A DNA stretch of 64,000 nucleotides from Marsupella aquatica (GCA_973895155.1 OZ316896.1:19084754-19148753), one strand, 5' to 3'. Shown: positions 51,573 to 64,000, numbered from the stretch's first letter. The notes: generated by a model not told the origin, from the letters alone. Made by a program: numbers and translations.

Positions 51573-53315
51573 ATGAAGCTTGATTTTGAGGTTCCGGGAA
51601 GCCGTAGGTTGAAGAAATGGCAGGACGGTGTGAACCATTCAGTAAACAAGAGCATAGTGGGGAAGTATTTCAAGCTCGAGGAGCGCAAGACCGATCTCAC
51701 CACGGAAATGCGTGCGGGCACGGCCACGTTTCTGACTATGGCGTACATCTTGGCAGTGAATGCCAGTATCCTCACTGATTCCGGAGGAACTTGCACAGCA
51801 GCGGATTGCTACAAAGTTTGCCCCGTCCCAGGTTTCGCTATAGCAAGCTGTCCAGTTGCCCTCGTGCAACCGGGAGACGAATGTAAATTTAGTCCTGTCA
51901 ATGATGGCTACAACGCGTGCTTGGTATCCCTCAAGAAAGATCTTATCGTAGCTACGGCTGCATCTTCTCTCATAGGTTGTTTCATCATAGGAATGTTTGC
52001 CAACTTGCCTCTTGCACTCGCTCCAGGAATGGGGACCAATGCCTACTTTGCGTACACCGTCGTCGGATATCACGGGTCTGGAAACATTCCATACCGGACT
52101 GCGTTGGCAGCTGTGTTGGTAGGGGGCATAATTTTTTTGTTGCTCGCCATATTTGGCTCGAGAATGAAGGTTGCGAACATGATACCAAAGCCGGTTCGTG
52201 TCTCAACCTCAGCAGGCATCGGGTTCTTCTTGGCCTTCATCGGCCTCCAAAGCAACGAAGGAGTGGGGTTGATTCAGTATGATTCATCCACACTCGTCAC
52301 TCTCGGTGCTTGCCCCGCCAAATATAGAATGTCCGTCGCTCCAGTCTACACCACAGTGAACGGAACAATTGCTCTCATGCCAAACGGGGAGGTTTCGGGG
52401 AACATATATTGCCTCAAGCATCAGATGGAGAGTGCTACTTTCTGGCTCGCTGTGGTAGGATTTGTCATCATCGGATATGCATTGATATACAATGTCAAAG
52501 GGGCAATCATCTATGGCATCGTTTTCGTCACAGCGATCTCGTGGATAAGGAACACCGAAGTCACATATTTCCCGGACACCCCGGACGGCAACAGTGCATA
52601 CCAGTACTTCAAAAAGATTGTGGATGTTCACACAATCAAATCAACGGCAGGTGCTCTTCGATTTGATGGTTTCGGCTCGGGTCAGGTGTGGGTTGCTCTC
52701 ATTACCTTCCTCTACGTGAATATTCTCGATACGACGGGAACGCTGTACTCCATGGCCAAGTTTGCAGGTTCTGTGGATGAGAAAGGAAACTTTGAGGGCC
52801 AGTACACTGCTTTAATGAGCGATGCGACTGCCATCATTATTGGTTCCACCCTGGGCACATCTCCACTTATAGTATTCATGGAATCGTCCACAGGTATTCG
52901 GGAGGGTGGCAGGACTGGGTTGACAGCTCTCACGGTTAGCGGATATTTTCTGTTGTCCTTCTTCTTCACTCCATTGCTTGCTTCCATCCCACCCTGGGCT
53001 GTAGGGCCTCCCTTGATTCTAGTCGGAGTGATGATGATGAAGTCAGTTATGGATGTTGAATGGGACAATATGAAAGAAGCCATTCCAGCGTTTGTGACAA
53101 TCATCCTGATGCCTCTCACTTACTCAATTGCTTACGGTTTGATTGGAGGCATTGGGACGTACATCGCTCTGCATTTGTGGGACTGGGCTTGGAATCTATT
53201 CAATGCAGCGCGCTCTAAGTTTCTGGGTGGGCCGAAGGAAAGCATTGTCGCCGATCATCAGACAGAATCGGATGAAGCGAAGACAGAAGATCTCATCTCT
53301 GGAGTTCTCGCATGA
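51573..53315 (+). CDS. AZG1: AZG-type permease, copy B (intact, with substitutions in conserved motifs)
   Basis: Intronless 580-aa ORF, colinear with and highly similar to 35104-36846. Confidence 0.92.
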   Translation: MKLDFEVPGSRRLKKWQDGVNHSVNKSIVGKYFKLEERKTDLTTEMRAGTATFLTMAYILAVNASILTDSGGTCTAADCYKVCPVPGFAIASCPVALVQPGDECKFSPVNDGYNACLVSLKKDLIVATAASSLIGCFIIGMFANLPLALAPGMGTNAYFAYTVVGYHGSGNIPYRTALAAVLVGGIIFLLLAIFGSRMKVANMIPKPVRVSTSAGIGFFLAFIGLQSNEGVGLIQYDSSTLVTLGACPAKYRMSVAPVYTTVNGTIALMPNGEVSGNIYCLKHQMESATFWLAVVGFVIIGYALIYNVKGAIIYGIVFVTAISWIRNTEVTYFPDTPDGNSAYQYFKKIVDVHTIKSTAGALRFDGFGSGQVWVALITFLYVNILDTTGTLYSMAKFAGSVDEKGNFEGQYTALMSDATAIIIGSTLGTSPLIVFMESSTGIREGGRTGLTALTVSGYFLLSFFFTPLLASIPPWAVGPPLILVGVMMMKSVMDVEWDNMKEAIPAFVTIILMPLTYSIAYGLIGGIGTYIALHLWDWAWNLFNAARSKFLGGPKESIVADHQTESDEAKTEDLISGVLA

Positions 53316-56300
53316 GTTTTAAAATTGCGGCTTGTTGACGAATGATCCCAATTTACAATCTGATCCACCAGCATTCAAACTCTATCCGCTTGACGTGGAG
53401 AGCAGGTTTGACGTAGCATGAAAGGGCCAATGAATTGAGGTCGAGTATAATAGGGAGCTGCAAGACCCATTTTCGAATATGGGAGGTCCTGGTCCAAGGC
53501 AAGTAGGCAGTGATTCCCGAGTCTTACTGGGCTGACTTGTAGTGTCACCGACTTCAGTGACTAGCTGGAGAGACGTCTATGAATTACTGTCGTGATGTGT
53601 TGGACTGACTGGACCTACTCTACTTACAGACTACAAAGTATCAAGCTTCAGATGATGGCTGTACGTGGACACGGCCTAACGCGAACATCGATCATGCAAA
53701 CCTCTGAACGCTTTGCTTTACGAGGAAAAAATCTGGCCTTCATTTAAATATTCCAGTGGGGCGTCTAAATCTCTAGCTTTGATTCAGAAAAACCTTACAG
53801 CAGGTGAATTATAGCCAATGGAGCCCTCGGTTTAGTCTTCATGATGTACTCGTGGACGTTTCCGGTACTAGCAGTGACCGAGTCCTGCGCTACTTGAGTA
53901 TTAGACTCGCTCGTTTTGGTGAGGGCTAGAGATGAGTCCACCTGATCTCAGTGTCGGCTTTGAGTTTACGAGCCTGAATGACCTTTCTTTGAAAGTTAGA
54001 GATGATGACAAAAATGATCACATATGATCACCATTTTGACACACAATATATACACAAAAATCATCATATATTATCCCGCCATACATTTGGTGGGTAGAGT
54101 CACTGTTTAGAGCTTTCACTCCGCCCCAACTCTAGTGTAGGCTCCATTCTAGAAGCCTAAGACCCAAACTCTAGCTCCTGTTTGCTAATCAATAGCAAGA
54201 TGTAATATTATTAAATTTACGAGTACATTGGTTATGCGTATTCTCCTCAAACATTCACTCGGGTGCCTCTCCGGTTTGAACCAAGTTATATTGTTCCAAT
54301 TTTACTTTAACCAGACAGCAAAGCTTATTGAGTTTATGGAAAGCCAATGGGCGACGCGGCGGTAATGTGGGTTGGGACTTCAATACAATTGTTATGTTTT
54401 CATCGCTGTGCATCAGAGGAAGAAAGATGCAGGCAAGAAGGGACGGGGAAGTCAAAATAAGACATATAAGGCATGTAAAACAATTTTCTCTCCACTTCAG
54501 CAAAGATTTGTAAGCACACAGAAATGATAATGAGCATTTCTTGATTTGATATGGACATCTTAAAGTCCCAACTATAAGTAGCTTGAAGAGTTGAAACTTC
54601 TCACATTGGTGAAGGAGGCCCCACATGCTGCTCAAATTACTCACCAGCAGTGGCCCCCCTTTCGCGCTTCCTTCCCCAATCATGATTTGATCTGTCACAA
54701 AGCCCAGTTCAGAAGGACTTTCAGGGTGTTGAGACTCTAGGCCCTGGGATGAGCCAGTTCATGCTAAATTGGAACCTTGTCCCACTTGCTGTGAAGAGTA
54801 CAAGGGCAGGCTGCATGATGGCAAAATTTAGAGGTTAAAATGTTAACTCAAATTGCGAAGGCAAAGTTGAGTTGTCAACCTACTTTGAACATTAAAATCT
54901 CAACGTTGTGCCGTTTATTGGGCGCACTCTCAAAATCATTGAGAGCTCTCAACCCACTCTTTGTTTCTAGGTAATTGGCACTCAGAGAATAAATTGATTT
55001 TCAATCAGTCAGAATACACAAGAAACAACATAAGTCATTTCATACAAACACTTTTGGCGCCATGTGTGTTTAACTTTCAAGCCAAATTGCAATGAGACTT
55101 GTGAATTAGGCAGTGGCCTTCCTTGCAATAGCAAATTACAATCCCTCTTGTTTTGTTTGGGGTTTTGTTTGTACAAATGACCTGAAGTATACTCTACTAT
55201 AGCCTGGATTTAGAGTGCCAAGCAGAACATTGGTACTAGCCAAGAAGTTCTGGGAGACCTCAACCAGAAGAGTCCATCCAAAATCATACAAATGAAAGTC
55301 ATGGTTTGAATGACAATTCAACTTCAAAATTGGCATTGTAGCCATTTATTAAGCATGTAGAGACAACAAGGAGCTGTTACAAGAACAAGTGACTCCCATG
55401 TAACAATACCGTGGTCACTAAGAAACTCCAAAAAACCAATCTTGCTTAGATCCAAGACGAATGGCAAGCTTAACCTGATGCTTAAACTCCTCAAAGATGA
55501 GCACCCCAAACTCTAAAGCATTCTTCAAAATTTCATTCTGGTTCTTCTTTTGCTTATCTGTAGCTAGAAAAAATTTCTTCTCTAGGTAAGCTTCTCTCTT
55601 CATGTTGGAGTGAGTGAAGGCTTCTGCCCATGCTCCAAAATTAGTTGACTTTTTCATCCACATCTGTCCTTTTGTCATTTGGACCTTCTCACTTGGTTCT
55701 GATGGGGCTTGGGTGCATAAAAGGTGTACAAGAAATACATCCAGAAGTATCCTCAATCTTCCTTTGCCAAAGACACATTGAAGGAGAGGCTCCCTGATGC
55801 TTTGAAGGAGTTGGAAATAGGGATTTCAAACAAGGGTAATGGAGGTGTTGCCTTTGCAAGATGAGGAGGCCTTCCACCGTCTCAAAAAAACAACCCATGG
55901 TCATGCAAGGAGGCATGTCTTAAAGGGAAGGCAGAGCATTATTGAGGGTAAAATAATTGAATAAGGAATCTTTTGAGCTTCTTCTCCTTCACACAACATT
56001 CGCCCCTATGGCGAAAAAGTAAAATCCTTAAAAAATAAGTTGGCCAAGAGTGCTCATGTGTATGGAATCCACCAATGTCCTTTTCCTTTCAGACGTTGTC
56101 GCTTGCATGGGTGCAGGAGGAAGCACATTCGTATTGTGCTCTGTCATCCATTCAGGTTCAGAGCCACAAGTATGATTGGGGTCGACATTCTCCTGGTTGT
56201 TGGGAGAGAAAGCTTTGTAACTGCTGTCAGATGATTCCCTGCTGACTTCACTCCGACTTTCAATCAGCTCAGTGAGCTCAATCGGCAGAGGCAGCTTGGG

Positions 56301-56818
56301 TCCAAGTTGCATCTGCCCTTCCAATCCCCGCTCCAAACTACTTGCTTCATGGTTGGCATTCCTGTCGATCACATGAAACAAACAGCCAGTCATCCAAACG
56401 TAAATAGAATTAAAGAGTGGAATAGACTTTCAATTCTTAGTATATTCAGTTTGCACAAGATACAAATTTCAATTCAATGGTCAACCAACGGAAATGTACG
56501 AGATGTGATGATAGAGCCTGACTAAGGGGCCCGAGTGGGTTGTCTTATCTCTATTTGTGGATGACATTGTGAGTCAATCGTAGTCCTCACAAATTGCAGC
56601 GTGCCAGTACATAGACAGAGAATTAGAGTGTATTCCACAACTACGTTGGAATAGAAATTGCAGAAACGAGTATGGTGAATCGATCCACAATTTGAAGTGC
56701 AGGCAGTGAGACCCTCGTGCAAAGCTTGTTGACCGAGATTCATCCCCCTGTCCCGCCCAGCGACTATGTTTATGTTGGAAATGAACCACACTCGAACGAA
56801 GATGGATACAGCCACAAA

Positions 56819-56889
56819 GGGCCTGTAGCTCAGTGGTAGAGCACTATGATGTACACGGGAGGTCCTAGGTTCAATTCCTAGCCGGTCCA
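56819..56889 (+). ncRNA. tRNA-like cassette in the TRIM 5' LTR (not a canonical tRNA gene)
   Basis: 71 nt. A box TAGCTCAGTGG, D-arm GCTC/GAGC, T-arm CTAGG-TTCAATT-CCTAG containing the B box, acceptor GGGCCTG/CCGGTCC; anticodon stem poorly paired. Confidence 0.8.
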
Positions 56890-57012
56890 TGCTGTTGAAA
56901 GTTCCACATGGTATCAGAGCCAAAGAAAAGGAGTTTCCCTTGTAGCGAGTGCGGCTCAAGGGTGGGTGTTGGAAATGAACCACACTCGAACGAAGATGGA
57001 TACAGCCACAAA

Positions 57013-57083
57013 GGGCCTGTAGCTCAGTGGTAGAGCACTACGATGTACACGGGAGGTCCTAGGTTCAATTCCTAGGTGGTCCA
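57013..57083 (+). ncRNA. tRNA-like cassette in the TRIM 3' LTR
   Basis: Second copy with intact A box, D-arm, T-arm and B box. Confidence 0.8.
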
Positions 57084-59535
57084 TGGTGTTGAAAGTTCCA
57101 ACAGTTTAATACCCTCAACCTACCTAAACCCCTGTCCCCACCAGCGGCCACAAAATCTCCATCTCTCCTCATGCGTACAATGTGGGCTCTACAATGCATT
57201 GAGGATGCCAATGCTTAATCAGATGAATTGAATGTCAAAGGCCAAAGGTGTCCCATGCCCTCTATTAAAGGAGGTAGTAGTGAACAAACAGTAGAAGGGA
57301 TGGCGTTCGTGATTCTGCAATACATTGCTAAATTAGATTTCTTTTGTTTTCACCAATCCCAAATTCTGACGAGCCGTTCAGAGTAACTCTGTAGGCATGC
57401 ATTGTAGTGCTTTTGCGCACAAGTCTTCAGGTGCAAACAGCAGAAGCACAGGAGAAGCACTGCAGACATTGTGTGGTCGTCATCTTCGTCCAAAGTACAC
57501 AATCGAGCAGAGCCGTTGAGCATTGGGCAGCAGCTGTAGAGTTCTCTTCCATGCTCCATGATCATGTGACGGGTAGCATAAAGTTTGATTGCTTAGCTTC
57601 TCTGCGGCACAGGGCAATCAGGTGACTGACTCATCACGAGATTTTGGGACAAAGTAACTTTTGGGATAGAGTAACTTTTGGGGCCATAGAGAAAGTTGCC
57701 CGCAAGCGTCTTCACAGTTGAGGAGTTCAATGAGGCCACTGGCGAACGCAGAACAAACATCCGTGGAAAACATGCATGAACCCAGAAAACTACTTCAAAG
57801 GGTGTCAAAGAATCCAAAACAAGAAGGAAATAATCCACAAGTCAAACAAAGCATGCAAGGAATTGAAAGAATAGCGGTTGTTTATTTGTTTGTAGCGTGG
57901 CGTAGGAGCTGTTCAAGTAGATGAGGCGGGGCTTTGAGCTATTGCTTGTACCGACAAGTATTTTGCAAAGGATCATATGTCAGTTACAAACTAGAGATGA
58001 TCAAGAGCTGAAAAGACAACTGAGACAGAAAACCTTAAATTGCAGTACTGGCACTTTTAAAGTGGATAGTTCCTTTGGAGGAAGACGTCGTTTCATAGTT
58101 TATAGGTGTCGACAGCAAGCAGATTGAGTTTTGCTCCAGCATGACTTGACATCTGCAAAAACGGATCATTGAGAGGTGGATGTTATGTACAACAAATCTG
58201 TTTTCTCCCCTTTTTAGCCAGATCACAGAGCAAGTCACCAAACTCAATTGCAATTATCGTTGATATCCCTGACTGTTGGCGATTGACCGGTCTTGTTATT
58301 ATTCTATGCAGAGGGACATAATTATGAGAGACCTAGGAGCTTCGGGCGCTTTTTGATAAATGGCACAACGTACTGCTAGTGTAGATGACGAAACCGGTTG
58401 TTTTTGAAGAACTTCTCGAGTACAAACCAACCGATGCCAGGTATTTTGCACCTTGTTTGCTTCCCAAACTAGCAATTTCAAAGGCTTGGCATAGTGATAA
58501 AGACTGTAAACTATATGTTTCCTCCTTACAGTGGAACTGTTGGTGATTCAAAGTTCCAATGATAGCAAATTTGTAGCTGGTTGCTCGTTAGATGAGATCA
58601 ATTGCCCTTTGATCAATCTACTATATTATCCCGATAGAGGGAATTATGTTTGATGACAGAAAAGTTGAGGTCACCCTCATCCCATGGCTGAAAGGAGCTT
58701 TGAAGATGCTGAGGATGTGCATTTCTACTACTTCTAGTTGTAGACCTCATGTCAGCTTGAGGTCAGAGGGGTGAGGAACAAGTTATACTTGGGGATTTTA
58801 CAAGATACCCATGACCTTCCTCTGTTTAACCATTTCGGCAATGCCCAACGTTTATGCCAACAACGTTGACATCAGACCTATATATTGGCCGTGATGGAAG
58901 CAGAGTGAACGAGCGTTGACAACATTTCGTTCAAACAGATAATCCTGATTTCGCTCGTCACAGCAGGACCAATAAGTGAATTGCCATTCTGGGAGGAAAC
59001 GTTGGATTGTGGAAATAATGAGAAGAAACTTGCCTGGGGTAGCATCCAACACGGCCACACCAGCGGACAACTTATCTCCAGCCCTCCCAATTCTTAAGTT
59101 GTATGTCGACATATTTCTCTTCATAGATTGAACTTGACAGCCAGTGTGACATCTCTTATGAGGTTTTCCCCTTCAACAAAACAAGTCATATGTGTTGGAC
59201 CTGGCTCATTTCCCAGCGCAAGTGTGCCAGTATTAGAACGCTGTTTGCATTTAAGATAGTTCAACATTTTATGTGTGGCGGGAGCGCATATTATTTCAAG
59301 TCGTTCTGGCAAGTACAGTTCACTGTCCACCGCAATTTGTGTGACACCAACATTAGTGTGACTCACACTAATTTGTGTCGAAAGCATTTTTTACAAAAAA
59401 TCTCACTGCCCAGCTGTGTTAAGTCAAACTATTTACAGGCTTATGACAACACCCTTTACTGGCTTGTGAAACATATGAAAAAAGAACATCCGAGTTGACA
59501 GGACACCACACGGGAGCATGATTGCAGTATTCAAC

Positions 59536-59746
59536 ATAGTTGACCACTAGATCACTGCAATATTCAATGATCGGTGTCAAATCAATTTCTGAAAATGAAA
59601 CAGGCTTTATTTACAGAATTGGACATATGCTGACTGAGAGATAGTTGACCACTAGAGCACTGCAGTATTCAATGACCGGTGTCAAATCAATTTCTGAAAA
59701 TGAATCATGCTTTATTTACAGAATTGGACACGTACTGACTGAGAGA
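59536..59746. repeat. Tandem duplication, 105-bp unit
   Basis: ATAGTTGACCACTAGA.CACTGCA.TATTCAATGA...GACTGAGAG occurs twice. Confidence 0.85.
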
Positions 59747-60092
59747 CGTTTATTCACTTACAATACTTCCCCTGCTGTGGCACCCTATCCTAAAACTGTC
59801 ACACAAGGTTTGCAGCAATTGTCTCCGATTCCTGTGCCTCCCAACAAGGTTGCCCTCCTGGTGGTGCAATTGAACCTCTGGTTCTTAGTTTTGTACCCTC
59901 TGCTGTGTGTTGTGTTTCTCCGTGCTCTCAGTATTCAATTGTACTCAACAGCCTTGGCAGTAATTGGAACAAAAGTGATTAAGTCAATTCTTCAAGTCAG
60001 TTTTTGCTTCAGCAAATGGACTTCGGGAGATTTAATGAAGGTTTAGAGAAATGTTGTCACTAAATTTAGGGTAGCTTCATGTTTGAGCACTT

Positions 60093-60250
60093 GAGTGTCA
60101 CACTAATTGCACTGACCGGAACAGTACAATTAGTGTGACTAGAGGCGTGACTTCATGTGAGGTGCAGTTAGAGAGACACCAAAATTAATGTGACCCCGCT
60201 ATTTAACGAGAGACCAAAGATGTAAGGGCTACGCAATTAGTGTGACACTC
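60093..60250. repeat. 18-bp perfect inverted repeats bounding 158 bp (MITE-like)
   Basis: GAGTGTCACACTAATTGC (60093-60110) and GCAATTAGTGTGACACTC (60233-60250). Absent from the equivalent position of duplication copy A; no clear TSD. Confidence 0.55.
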
Positions 60251-62704
60251 GCAGCGGAAATGTAGCTGACTCATACAAGGTAACCACTGTAGAGAGTGGC
60301 AGGCCCTTTTCAGATTCTTGGTGTGAACCGTGGGGCTCTTGAAAGACCATGGTTCACCATCAAGAACTGTTCGATGTTCGTGGAACTCGGTGGCCGACAT
60401 CAGAAAAAATTGATGCACAGGAATTTATTTACACATTCAGCTGGCAAACGTTTTACATATGAAGTGCAAAAGAGGAACACAAGTGGTTAACTGAAAGGGC
60501 CTCCTATTCACCTTGAATATGAAGGCCATCAAAATAATCAAGCTGATTGCTGCAAAGAAACTAAGAGGGCAAAGTAGATTGTGGCTGAAAAAGTGGTCAG
60601 AGCAACCATCTATAAAGAAAAGAACGCATCGTAGTAAAGAACATTTCGTTGGGATGACACAACGCTATTTTTACGCAGTTGTAAGAGCACATAGTGTGGC
60701 ATGAATCAGAAGCTCCTACAGGCGACGAAAAGTAGCTTACGATGAGAAATGGGAACATAAAGTCGAGCCAAGACTTATCCAAATCAGAGCCCACATTCAT
60801 ATGGGCTCACTCAGCCCAATGCCAGAAGGGTATGTTTTTCCAGAATCATCCAGCTTCGCCTACAAGGATGCCCACAGTTTTGCCATGTCACAGCACCAGG
60901 TTCCTCCATAGGACTGGGTTTAATCTGCTTCATTTGCAAAGGGAGGTCTCTGTTGGGGAATACAAAGTTAATCTCAGAGCTCTGCAAACGAGGTCATCAA
61001 CAGACTACCACTAAGAGTTTCAAGTCACGGTCACTTGTGTATTGGACCGTGGCTCTCGACGATGCTGCCGACTGACCACGGCTGGAGCACTAGAGTCATT
61101 TGTTGTTCCTCCTTGCTCAAGCCTTTCTTGGAAAATAGTATCACCAATTGTGGCTTACGGGACAAAAAATCAAGGGGTTGCAACACTCGCACTGCGTACG
61201 AAGGCATGTTGTAGGCACAAAATTTCTTCCAATATTCATTCAAGTTCTGATTATTCGAGCATTGACTCCCTTTCCTGACAAATTAGTGCAGCTGTGGTTA
61301 CAAAACAAATCAAAACAAAACAAAAGGAATACAGTAAAGCCTAAAATCTTTGGATTGGAATTTGCATTGATCGGTCTCATTTTGAACTTGAGGAATTGAA
61401 GGAGCAGGATCATCTGATTTCCAAATATATCCAAGTCGTTTAGAATCTCTGGGGAAATTTGCGTAGAGATGTGATATACACGACCGTCTGTGTCGTCATA
61501 GAACGCTCCAATCATGGTACATAAGTCACGCTTTCCAGCTCGACCTTTCTCAACGCTTTCAAGTTATGTAAGCAGTTATATTGAAAACTGAACTGACGAC
61601 TCTGTCCGGGGCAACGTCCACCAGTCTCATTTGCAAGCGAGGCTACGTTCGAACGCCTTCATACCAATTATAGTCTGGAATCGTACATTTGTTTGAAGGA
61701 GGCATTTAGACCCAAAAACTCACACTCCAGACTCTGTTGTGGAGTAGAAACGAAGACAAGATAGTCCTACGACCACAATTACGGGAATGTTGAACCTACG
61801 CTGCCAGAAGCTCTGTTCATAGTCTTGCAACTTGGGGTCGGCCAGCTCTTGCTTGGACCTCTTCCTTCTGACCTGAAATTCTCTTTGTTCGTCTTCTTAT
61901 GTTCAGTTGTACTTCCATTCCCTCCTCTCTTTGGGAATATCTAACCCCTTCAAATTTTCTCTGGTCCTGTCTGGACTCCAATTGGTTTGCACTGCGATTG
62001 CATTGTGTGACTCTTTGAACTCCATATTAGGAAAGCTGTACACTGTAGAACTGTCTCATTTTCTTGTCATTGTTTCACTCCGACAAGGAAAGGACGCAGT
62101 CACGAGACATGGCCGGCGTTTCCGTGTGGCACGTTGGAGACAAAAACCGAGCTCGGACAAAACAGATGATTTTCTACATGGGCAGAAATTGCAGTCGAGG
62201 GTCTGGTTGTTTCATGGGCAAGAAAATAGATCCTGGAATGAATCACCAAGACAAGGTCTGGAAACGCGCTGAACAAACCGTGTAATGTTTAGAGTTCCCC
62301 GTTGTCGACTTCTGCTGTACATGGGCAAATCATATTAAACAAGCTTCGCGAGCCATGCAGCATCCAATTGTTGAATGTTTCGCACAAGAATTTCGGGAAC
62401 GTCCCGTTTTGTTGGTGGAAACGATACAACTGAATCGGCCCTGCGAAGGGAGAAGAAGAAAAAGATGGAGTCAACTTTCAAATGCGAGACTACGAGAATT
62501 GTCCGCGACAAAGAAGAACATTCCGTGGAAAGGGACCGACATTCTCGACTATAATTACTGCCACAGTAGTAATAAATATACTAGTAATAGAGCTAACTTT
62601 AGCCAAACATCTGACTATGGTTACACTAATTATTATAACAAAATAACTCTAGACCTAAGATAAATGCCTAACAATTCATTATACTTCCTTGAACCAAATA
62701 AGTA

Positions 62705-62910
62705 CACGGGATTTTAGGCTATCAAACTCCTCTTGGTGACCTCCAATGAGATTATTTCTCCGGAGTTTCAGTTTGTTGCTCAGGAAGGTTTTAGTTCTTA
62801 TGAACCAAGTAGGTCCACGGGTTTAGGCTATCAAACTCCTCTTGGTGACCTCCTATGCAGTTATTTCTTCAGAGTTTCAGTTTGTTGCTCAAGAGGGTTT
62901 TAGTTCTTAT
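62705..62910. repeat. Tandem duplication, ~111-bp unit
   Basis: TTTAGGCTATCAAACTCCTCTTGGTGACCTCC...GAGTTTCAGTTTGTTGCTCA...GGTTTTAGTTCTTATG occurs twice. Confidence 0.85.
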
Positions 62911-64000
62911 GCACTTGTTGGGTTTAGGGTTTGGGGACTCTTGGGCTTTTTGGCACTTTGATCTTCTTAGGTTTTACCTTTGGTCTCCTGCCTTTGGGGA
63001 TTTGGGTGCTTTTTCGCTCTATAAGTTCTCAAGCTAGCACGACATTGAGAAGAGTGTTTTGGTAGGGGTGTAGATTCCTTGATAATTAGAGCCCAGCTCT
63101 CTTTCATTCCCCCCAATATACAATTGACTCATTAAAGCAATGGTGGATGATCAGTGCTTTCCATATTAAGCTTTCCAAAGTGAGGCCAAAGTGGCGGCCC
63201 CAACAAGATTCCAAGTCACAGTTTCCATATATAGTTCCCCTGGTTACTTTGGTGAACTTGTCATCCATATACAAAATCATGGCATTTGTATAAATACAAA
63301 AAAAAATAGTGACAGTGTTGTAAATTAGAACATCTTTCCTGGCAAAGTACTTAAAATTTGATAGAGTGTCTCCAAACTGGGAAGTAAGCCAAAGTTATTC
63401 TTTATGATCAATCTTGTAACTCCTATGGGACCCTCGATGGGACCCGGTTGACAACTTAGAAAAATGTGGGAGGCAGCAGATGTGCCCCACAAGGCAGGGG
63501 TTGCAGCCTACCTGAGTCTCCCAGTGTATATCCCACAGCTGTCACACCTAAAGCAACAGCCATTGCCATGTCAGGCCCAACCAAGCACCTTCAATTGAGC
63601 CTTTTGCAAATTTACTAACTGAAACCTAAAACTAGCAGGAAATTTGCTAAAATCATTTAACCCCATAATTTGTCATATGTGCATAATGTTTACTCCAAGT
63701 CCCGCTATCTGCGCTCTACTTTACACTAGCCAAATGACCCGTTCCTTACCTAAATAGATATGAAGAGTACTGTTGAACAATAAAATATATGTTATTTTGC
63801 TTAGTCTTTGCCCCATCTTTGTTTTTTGTCTATTCTCATTTCAGTTTTGTCTTTATATACAGTCAATGTCACTTTTGTCAATCCTTTGATTTTAAATGAA
63901 TCTTATCATCTCAGTTTTGTCTCTACTAGGAGTTATGGTCTAGAGGTTTCACCATATACCTAGACCCTTAAAAGTAGATTTCAGTTGGAGCTTGTATAAT

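Larger units (their letters stand above)
56773..57103 (+). mobile_element. TRIM (miniature non-autonomous LTR retrotransposon) with tRNA-derived LTRs
   Basis: LTRs 56773-56908 and 56967-57103 (TGTTGG...CCA(A)CA; 4 substitutions and 1 indel). PBS TGGTATCAGAGC at 56909-56920, PPT AAGGGTGGG at 56958-56966, TSD GTTTA at 56768-56772 and 57104-57108. Confidence 0.95.
51396..60610. repeat. Segmental duplication, copy B
   Basis: Matches copy A except for unrelated sequence at ~53965-57280 and the absence of A:~39237-42127. Confidence 0.88.

Noticed and set aside
53965-56760. LINE or other TE occupying the copy-B-specific segment
   Set aside because: Probably repeat-derived, but I found no diagnostic motif or termini to support a call.
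56819-57083. Two tandem functional tRNA genes (anticodon position reads GTA)
   Set aside because: The anticodon stem is largely unpaired, there is no T-run terminator, and both units sit inside LTRs with PBS, PPT and TSD.

Overview
Eukaryotic land-plant genomic DNA; GT-AG introns and gene content suggest a non-seed plant, which is an inference. Genes reconstructed by hand are a 10-exon cytosolic ascorbate peroxidase (minus), a 4-exon Rdx/SelH-like CxxC protein (minus), a non-specific lipid-transfer protein, two intronless AZG-type purine/cytokinin permeases and a 3-exon DHNAT-like hotdog thioesterase. The two AZG genes lie in a ~9-kb segmental duplication; the thioesterase is present in only one copy. 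Mobile elements include a full-length Ty1/Copia element (421-bp LTRs, CACTC target-site duplication (TSD)), a related solo LTR, two Mutator-like TIR elements, and LINE and CACTA remnants. The most unusual feature is a 331-bp miniature LTR retrotransposon (TRIM) at 56773-57103 whose LTRs each contain a tRNA-like Pol III cassette (Cassandra/Helenus-type architecture). Several decayed coding-like stretches could not be identified.
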